NCBI GenBank assembly: GCA_963814845.1
Contig: CAWFEP010000001.1
Span: forward strand, 82,932 to 146,931
DNA length: 64,000 bases
Reading direction: 5' to 3'
Source: an uncultured Actinomycetota bacterium
GTDB taxonomy: Bacteria > Actinomycetota > Actinomycetes > JAFAQI01
Below, piece by piece: positions 57,970-64,000 of the stretch (positions are counted from its first letter, which is position 1; the number at the start of each line of letters is the position of its first letter). Made by a program: the position numbers and the translations under genes. Below the pieces are notes generated by a model that saw only the letters and a program-made list of their open reading frames with translations, was not told the origin of the DNA and made no database searches.

Positions 57970-59487
57970 GTGAGTGACCTCAGCGAGCAGCGCGCCCTGA
58001 TCGAAGCCGGCGGCCCGCAGAAATACCACGAGGCAAACTCCGCTAAGGGCAAGCTCTTCGCGCGAGAGCGCATCCGGCTGCTGGTTGATGAGGGCTCGTT
58101 TGTTGAGGACGGCTTCTTCGCCAATGCGCTGGCCGGTGATCTCCCGGCAGACGGGGTCGTGACCGGCATGGCGCGCGTCGCGGGACGGCCGATCGCGCTG
58201 ATGGCCAATGACTCAACGGTCAAGGCCGGCTCGTGGGGCGCGCGGACCGTCGAGAAGATCGTGCGCGTCATCGAGCAGGCGTACGACCTCGGTATCCCGA
58301 TGGTGTGGCTTGTCGACTCCGCCGGAGCACGCATCACTGATCAGATCCAGATGTTCCCTGGGCGCCGCGGCGCCGGGAAGGTGTTCGAGACGCAGGTACG
58401 GGCGAGCGGCTCGATCCCGCAGGTCTGCGCGCTGTTCGGTCCGAGCGCTGCCGGCGGCGCCTACATCCCCGCGTTCTGCGACGTCGTGATCATGGTCGAG
58501 GGCAACGCGTCGATGTATCTCGGCTCCGCCCGCATGGTCGAGATGGTGACCGGTGAGCTGACCACGCTGGAGGAGATGGGCGGCGCGCGTATGCACTGCA
58601 CCGTCTCGGGGGTCGGCCACTTCCTCGCCCCCGACGAGCCGACCGCGATCGAGACCGTGCAGCGCTACCTGTCCTACCTGCCGTCCAACTGGAAGCAGTC
58701 GCCACCGGTCGCAGAATCCGCTCCTGCCGGATCTGGTGACCTGCGCGCGATGATCCCGGAGCAGGACCGGCAGGCCTACGACATGCGCCGCTATGTGCGC
58801 GCCTTGGTCGATGACGGGTCACTGTTCGAGATCCACGCGCTGTGGGCGAAGGAGGTGATTGTCGCCTTCGCGAGGCTCGACGGGAAGCCGATCGGAGTCG
58901 TCGCCAACAACCCGATGTTCAAGGGCGGCGTCCTGTTCGTCGACTCGGCTGACAAGACCGCGCGGTTCATCGAGCTTTGCGATGCGTTCAACCTGCCGTT
59001 GCTGTTCCTTGCGGACGTCCCGGGCTTCATGGTCGGCACCGCCGTCGAGCGCGCGGGGATCATTCGGCACGGCGCAAAGATGATCAGCGCGGTTTCGCGG
59101 GCGACGGTCCCCAAGATCTCAGTGATCGTGCGCAAGGCGTACGGCGCGGGCTTGTATGCGATGTCCGGGCCTGGCTTCTCACCTGACGCGACGCTGGCGC
59201 TGCCGACGGCGATGATTGCGGTCATGGGCGCTGAGGCGGCAGTCAACGCCGTCTATTACAACCGGATTCAGGCGATGGACGACGAGGCGGAGCGAGCCGA
59301 GTTCGTCAAGACCAAGCGAGACGAGTACGACGAGGACATCAACATCGTGCGACTCGCGAGCGAGCTGGTCGTCGATGCGATCGTCGAGCCGGAAGACCTG
59401 CGCAACGAGCTCATCAAACGGTTCGCCGTGTACGCGACGAAAGACCGGCACTTCTCCAACCGGCGCCATGGCGTCACGCCCGTCTAG
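57970..59487 (+). CDS. acyl-CoA carboxylase carboxyltransferase subunit (methylcrotonoyl-CoA carboxylase beta-like)
   Basis: From the GTG at 57970: VSDLSEQRALIEAGGPQKYHE..GKLFARERI, ANDSTVKAGSWG, FGPSAAGGAYIPAFCD, DVPGFMVGTAVERAGIIRHGAKM and RKAYGAGLYAM. Confidence 0.9.
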   Translation: MSDLSEQRALIEAGGPQKYHEANSAKGKLFARERIRLLVDEGSFVEDGFFANALAGDLPADGVVTGMARVAGRPIALMANDSTVKAGSWGARTVEKIVRVIEQAYDLGIPMVWLVDSAGARITDQIQMFPGRRGAGKVFETQVRASGSIPQVCALFGPSAAGGAYIPAFCDVVIMVEGNASMYLGSARMVEMVTGELTTLEEMGGARMHCTVSGVGHFLAPDEPTAIETVQRYLSYLPSNWKQSPPVAESAPAGSGDLRAMIPEQDRQAYDMRRYVRALVDDGSLFEIHALWAKEVIVAFARLDGKPIGVVANNPMFKGGVLFVDSADKTARFIELCDAFNLPLLFLADVPGFMVGTAVERAGIIRHGAKMISAVSRATVPKISVIVRKAYGAGLYAMSGPGFSPDATLALPTAMIAVMGAEAAVNAVYYNRIQAMDDEAERAEFVKTKRDEYDEDINIVRLASELVVDAIVEPEDLRNELIKRFAVYATKDRHFSNRRHGVTPV

Positions 59488-59520
59488 GTCGTCCAGCACA
59501 GCCGGCGCGACCGGACCGGA

Positions 59521-60001
59521 TTAGACGAGGGCTTCGCTCGCCGCCTCATCCGTCCGGTCGGGCTCGGGGTCGCGGAACACCCAGCGCCGGAACGACCAGA
59601 ACCGCCAGACCGTGCCAAGGGCGGTGCCGATGAGCGTCGAGGAGATGTTGTAGGCCAGCGGCGAGTGCAGCCCGAGGATGTATTCGCTGACACCGACCGG
59701 GATATCGGAGACCGCGAGCCCGACGAGGGAAAGCAGCAGGAACAGCGGGAGCTCACGGCCGATCCCGGTGTCGTCCTTGTGGCGCCACGTCCAATGCCGA
59801 TTCGCGAAGTATGACGCGACGGCGGCGATCGCGGTTGCCAGGCCGAAGCTGGTCATCGGCCCCAGATTGGCGCCGAAGTGGAAGCCGTTGACAGCCCGAT
59901 GGTCAGGCGAAGGCGGCGGCACCGATGATCCCGAACTTCGCGATCTCGTGGATCAGATGCTCAAAGGTGGCATAAAGGTGCCTAACCCGAGCGGGAACCA
60001 T
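59521..60001 (-). pseudogene. GtrA family membrane protein, one frameshift
   Basis: The N-terminus MVPARVRHLYATFEHLIHEIAKFGIIGAAAFA runs into a TGA at 59903-59905. The +1 frame continues DHRAVNGFHFGANLGPMTSFGLATAIAAVASYFANRHWTWR...TVWRFWSFRRWVF (GtrA pattern). The span length is 3n+1. Confidence 0.75.
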
Positions 60002-60007
60002 CCACTG

Positions 60008-60020
60008 CACCCTAAGGGTG
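60008..60020. promoter_or_regulatory. perfect 13-bp palindrome CACCCTaAGGGTG in the gtrA / acyl-CoA dehydrogenase divergent region
   Basis: Six complementary pairs around a central A. It ends 30 nt upstream of the dehydrogenase GTG at 60050. It is a candidate operator for a regulator not encoded in the window. Confidence 0.3.
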
Positions 60021-60049
60021 ACACCTGAAGGCGTGCGAAAATTACTGCT

Positions 60050-61200
60050 GTGGACCACCGGCTCAGTGACGAGCATGAGGCGTTGCGCAAGAGCGTGGAG
60101 GCTTTCGCCCGAGAGGTCGTCGCTCCGCAAGCCGAGGAAGCCGACCGCACCGGCGAGTTCCCGTACGACGTCATTCGCCAGATGGGCGAGATGGGGTTGT
60201 TCGGACTACCGTTCCCCGAGGAGTACGGCGGGATGGGCGGTGACTTCCTTGCGCTTGTGCCTGGCGATCGAGGAGCTGGCGCGGGTCGACTCGAGCGTGG
60301 CGATCACGCTCGAAGCGGCGGTAGGCCTTGGCTCGATGCCGGTCTTTCGGTTCGGCAAGCGAGGAGCAGAAGAAGGAGTGGCTGCCGTCGTTGTGCAGTG
60401 GTGAGACGCTGGCGGCGTTCGGCCTGACCGAGCCGGGTGGCGGGTCGGATGCGGGCAACCCGCGGACCACGCGCGGTGCTCGACGGCGAGGACTGGGTCA
60501 TCAACGGCAGCAAAGCCTTCATCACCAACGCCGGCACGGAGATCACCAACCTGGTCACGGTGCTGTGCCGCACCGGCGAGCGTGCCGATGGCCGGCCGGA
60601 GCTGACCTCGATCATGGTGCCGGTGCCGCATGACGGTTTCACGGCGTCTAAGAAGTACGACAAGGTCGGCTGGCATGCCAGCGACACCCGTGAGTTGTCG
60701 TTCGCGAACTGCAGGTGCCGGCCGAAAACGTCCTCGGCGAACGCGGGCGCGGCTATGCGCAGTTCCTCTCGACGCTCGACGAGGGCCGGATTGCGATCAG
60801 CGCGCTAGCGGTGGGATTGGCGCAGGGATGCGTCGACGAGTCGGTGACGTACGCCAAGCAGCGCGAGGCGTTCGGCGCGCCCATCGGCTCCTACCAGGCG
60901 GTGGCATTTCGGATCGCGGACATGGCGATGCGCACCCATGTCGCGCGATGCGCTTATCGTGATGCGGCATCGCGGATGCTCGCGGGTGAGCCGTTCAAGC
61001 GGGAGGCCGCCATCGCGAAGCTGTATTCGTCGACGATAGCCGTGGACAATGCGCGCGATGCGACGCAGGTCTTCGGAGGCTACGGGTTCATGAACGAGTT
61101 CGCGGTGGCGCGGCACTGGCGCGATTCGAAGATCCTGGAGATCGGCGAAGGCACCTCGGAGATCCAGCGGATGCTCATCGCGCGGGACCTCGGTCTCTAG
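60050..61200 (+). pseudogene. acyl-CoA dehydrogenase (isovaleryl/short-branched-chain type), four frame disruptions
   Basis: Collinear conserved blocks lie in alternating frames:
- MDHRLSDEHEALRKSVEAFAREVVAP...EEYGGMGGDFLAL, to about 60257
- [33 protein letters not shown], to about 60357
- [37 protein letters not shown], to about 60471
- [21 protein letters not shown]...GWHASDTRELSFANCR, to about 60715
- VPAENVLGERGRGYAQFL...QVFGGYGFMNEFAVARHWRDSKILEIGEGTSEIQR
The shifts are +1, +1, +1 and -1. Confidence 0.9.
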
Positions 61201-61208
61201 AACCGTTG

Positions 61209-62314
61209 ATGACCGACCGAGTGACCGGGCTGCCGGTAGTCGGCATGGTGGGCGCTGGGCAGCTGGCGCGGATGACCCATCAGTCGGCGATCGCGCTTGG
61301 TCTGTCGTTGCGGGTGCTGGCGGAGTCGGCGACGGATGGCGCCGCTCTCGTCACGCCCGACGTCGAGATCGGAGCGGCGACCGATGGCGAGGCGTTGCAG
61401 CGGTTCGCCAAGGGCTGCGACGTCGTCACCTTCGACCATGAGCATGTTCCGCAGGAGCTGATCGCCGAGCTCGTCGCCGCCGGCGTGACGGTCTATCCCG
61501 GCGCCGAAGCCTTGCTATATGCGCAGGACAAGCGCGCCATGCGCCAGAAGCTCGCCGAGCTCGGACTCCCGGTGCCGCGGTGGTCCGACGATCCCGATGC
61601 GCTGCCGCGGCCGTACGTCGCGAAGGCGGTTCGCGGTGGATACGACGGCCGTGGAGTGTGGTTCCTCAACGAAGGTGACCCGCTGCCGACCGTCGACTTC
61701 ATCGTCGAGGAACGGGTGTCGATCGTCCACGAGCTCGCGATCCAGGTCGCGCGTACGCCGTCGGGTCAGGTGCGCTGCTGGCCGGTGGTCGAGACGGTCC
61801 AGCGCAACGGGATCTGCGTCGAGGTCGTCGCGCCCGCGCCGCGGCTGAGCACGTCGCTCGCGGCCGAGGCCGACCGGATCGCGACCACGATCGCCAACGA
61901 GCTCGGCGTCGTCGGCGTGATGGCGGTCGAGCTGTTCGAGGCGCCGAGCGGTCTGGTGGTCAACGAGCTGGCGATGCGCCCGCACAACTCCGGCCACTGG
62001 TCGATCGAAGGTGCGACGACCAGCCAGTTCGAGCAGCACCTGCGCGCGATCCTCGACTGGCCGCTCGGCGACATCCGGCCGCGGGCGCGGGTGACCGTCA
62101 TGGTCAACGTGCTCGGCGGCCCGGCGACCAACCTGGCCGCAGTCGCTGCCGGCCGCGATGGCGGCGTCGCCCAACTGCCTCGATCCACCTCTACGGCAAG
62201 GGCGAGCGGCCGGGCCGCAAGCTCGGCCACGTCACCGTGCTCGGCGATGATCTGGTCGAGGCGCGCGAGACAGCGCGCGCCGAGCGGTCGCGATCCTGCA
62301 GGGGGACGCCATGA
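61209..62314 (+). pseudogene. purK: 5-(carboxyamino)imidazole ribonucleotide synthase PurK, at least two frameshifts near the 3' end
   Basis: MTDRVTGLPVVGMVGAGQLARM...VVTFDHEHV...YVAKAVRGGYDGRGVW...VNELAMRPHNSGHWSIEGATTSQFEQHLRAILDWPLG is intact to about 62150. The conserved IHLYGKGERPGRKLGHVTVLG then lies two frames away, with shifts near 62153 and 62176. That frame ends at the TGA at 62312-62314, in ATGA overlap with purE. Confidence 0.85.
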
Positions 62315-62832
62315 TGAGCGCGATCGTCGCGATCGTGATGGGCAGCGACTCGGACTGGCCGACGATGCAGCCGGCCGCCGACGCGCTCGCGGAGTTCGGG
62401 GTGGCGAGCGAGGTGCGGGTGGTCTCCGCGCACCGCACGCCCGCCGACATGCTGGAGTACGGCGCGAGCGCGGCCGAGCGCGGGCTCCGGGTGATCATCG
62501 CGGGTGCGGGCGGTGCCGCGCACCTGCCCGGCATGCTCGCGTCGGTGACACCGCTGCCGGTGATCGGCGTGCCGGTGCCGCTGGCACACCTCGACGGCAT
62601 GGACTCGCTGCTCTCGATCGTGCAGATGCCGGCCGGCGTGCCGGTCGCGACGGTGTCGATCGCCGGGGCCCGCAACGCCGGGCTGCTCGCGGTGCGCATC
62701 CTGGCGACCTCCGACGATGAGCCTGCGCAGCTGCGATGACTGCGCTTCCAGGACGTGCTCGCGCGACACGGCTCGCGCACAAGGATGCCGCAGCTGCAGG
62801 CCGGCTCGGCGACGGACCGACACGAGCCGTGA
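62311..62832 (+). pseudogene. purE: 5-(carboxyamino)imidazole ribonucleotide mutase PurE with an in-frame TGA and probable compensating shifts in the tail
   Basis: [19 protein letters not shown]...VVSAHRTP...[14 protein letters not shown]...PVIGVPV...[16 protein letters not shown] stops at the TGA at 62737-62739 after 142 aa. The same frame continues LRFQDVLA..., which aligns with PurE tails. It ends at the TGA at 62830-62832, giving 173 codons, a normal PurE length. LAHKDAAAAGRLG in a neighbouring frame suggests a -1/+1 pair as well. Confidence 0.8.
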
Positions 62833-64000
62833 CGCACGCGACGGTGGCGGCGGACGCGGCCGAGCTGGTCGCCTGGACCGTCGAGGTCGGGGATCCCGGC
62901 GAGCTGCTGACCTGGCTGCCGGCTGGTGCAGTCCTTCGCATTCCTGCGGGGCGGCGACGGCATCGTTGGCTGGGGCGAAGCGGCTCGGCTGGCGACGGAC
63001 TCGGCGCGCTGCCGTCGAGGCGCTGCTTGGCGCGATCACTGCGCGTGACGACGTCGGGCTGCCGGGCTGTGGCGCAGTCGCGGTCGCCTCGCTCGGGTTC
63101 GATCCTGCTGTTGATGCCTCGGTGGTCGTGGTGCCCAAGGTCGTCCTGGGCCGTCGCGAGGGCCGGTCGTGGCTGACGCTGGTGACGCCGCCCGGCGCGG
63201 TCGAGGTGCCGGCGCTGCGGCGCCGTCCGGTCGCGGCGGCGAGCACGCCGCCGTCGTCGGTCTCGGCGATGCGTGCCGAGCGAGTCCGACTGGCGCGATG
63301 CGGTGGCCAGGCCGTCGTGGCGCTTCGGGCCGGCGAGCTGGACAAGGTCGTGCTGGCGCGCGCGATCGACGTGACCGCCGAGTCGGGTCTCGACCCGCGG
63401 GCGATCGCGGCTCGGCTGGCGACTCGGTTCCCGGCCTGCTTCACCTTCTTGTGCGATGGCCTGGTCGGCGCGTCGCCAGAGCTGCTGATCCGGCGGCTCG
63501 GGCGTCACGCCGAGTCGCTGGTGCTTGCCGGCACAGTGCGCCGCGGCGCCTCTGCCGGAAGAGGATGCGGCGCTCGAGCATGAGCTGCTCGCCTCGGCCA
63601 AGGATGCCGCTGAGCACCGCATGGCTGCCGAGTCGGTGCGGGAGGTTTTGGCAGCAGTCGCGGCGGACGTGGTCGCCGATCCGAAGCCGCAACTGTTGCG
63701 GCTGGCCAACCTCAGCCACCTCGCCACGCACATCGACGCGTGGCTGCCCGTGCCCGCGCCGTCCGCGCTCGCGCTTGCGCTCGCTGCTGCATCCCGTCCG
63801 CCGCGGTTGGCGGCACGCCGCGAGCCGACGCGCTCGCGATGATCACGCGGCTCGAGGCCGCGCCACGCGGCCGCTATGCCGCGCCGATCGGCTGGGTCGA
63901 TGCGAACGGCGACGGCGAGTTCGCGATCGCGCTGCGCTGCGCGCAGCTGTCCGGCAACGTCGCGCGGCTGTGGGCCGGCGCCGGCATCGTGGCCGACTCC
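62829..64000 (+). pseudogene. isochorismate synthase (MenF/EntC family), partial at the window end, about seven frame disruptions
   Basis: The GTG at 62829 overlaps the purE stop (GTGA). Conserved blocks appear in rotating frames:
- VTHATVAADAAELVAWTVEVGDPGELLTWLPAG
- QSFAFLRGGDGIVGWGEAARLATDSAR
- AVEALLGAITARDDVGLPGCGAVAVASLGFDP...VVVPKVVLGRREGRSWLTLV
- SDWRDAVA
- AVVALRAGELDKVVLAR...GASPELLIRR...LAGTVRRG
- PEEDAALEHELLASAKDAAEH...LANLSHLATHI
- LHP
- AAVGGTPRADALAMITRLEAAPRGRYAAPIGWVDANGDGEFAIALRCAQ. Confidence 0.8.

Noticed and set aside
55888-57980. Identical 11-nt start context gtgagtgacct for the HMG-CoA lyase (55888) and carboxyltransferase (57970) genes; both proteins begin VSDL
   Set aside because: The identity does not extend beyond 11 nt on either side. 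It is most likely coincidence of similar N-terminal codons.
56655-58337. 560-aa minus-strand ORF spanning the HAD-GNAT and carboxyltransferase genes
   Set aside because: It is antisense to two well-supported plus-strand genes and has low-complexity Arg/Pro/Ala-rich sequence. It is a shadow ORF.
63094-63104. tRNA T-arm-like GGGTTCGATCC
   Set aside because: It lies inside the isochorismate synthase coding sequence (..SLGFDPAV..). I could not find a flanking acceptor, D or anticodon stem. I found no convincing tRNA anywhere in the window.

Overview
GC-rich chromosomal segment with the gene content and synteny of a high-GC Gram-positive bacterium (Actinomycetota). Start codons are mostly GTG/ATG, often with ATGA/GTGA overlaps, and long antisense shadow ORFs are common. 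I support about 60 protein-coding genes. I found no rRNA, tRNA, CRISPR array, transposase, integrase or prophage.

Most of the window is housekeeping:
- penicillin-acylase-like gene, yceI/marR pair, pcrA
- sucCD, a PerM-like protein, purN, purH, folD, isocitrate dehydrogenase and mdh
- trpS, a cold-shock protein, a D,D-carboxypeptidase
- acyl-CoA carboxylase subunits with birA
- a leucine-catabolism-like set (HMG-CoA lyase, carboxyltransferase, acyl-CoA dehydrogenase)
- purK, purE and isochorismate synthase

Less ordinary content:
1. A translationally coupled DUF929-VKOR-DUF929 thiol-oxidoreductase module, next to a His-motif exported protein.
2. A four-gene operon of small Pro/Tyr/Gly-repeat membrane proteins (DUF2752, DUF4190, two RDD) between the PerM-like gene and purN.
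3. A ribitol-phosphate (teichoic-acid-like) glycopolymer cluster at 39.3-45.9 kb. It carries a Bcs1-like CDP-ribitol synthase fusion and a membrane-anchored TagF-like polymerase, with a second TagF-like paralog at 54 kb.
4. An ECF sigma factor fused to a TM helix and a propeller-like domain.
5. Several structured non-coding elements: a 101-nt near-perfect hairpin upstream of pcrA; a conserved 40-nt palindromic element that overlaps the stop codons of folD and accA; and tandem repeats at the yceI 3' end and in the sucC leader.

A major caveat is that at least 11 conserved genes, including trpS, purH, purK and purE, are broken by about 26 frame disruptions, mostly single extra bases. I detected none in the first 20.8 kb, 9 between 20.8 and 55 kb, and about 17 in the last 4.5 kb. 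This looks more like sequence or assembly error than biology, but pseudogenisation cannot be excluded from sequence alone.

I did not find a compelling defence or other clearly novel multi-gene system. The items above are the best candidates for a second look.
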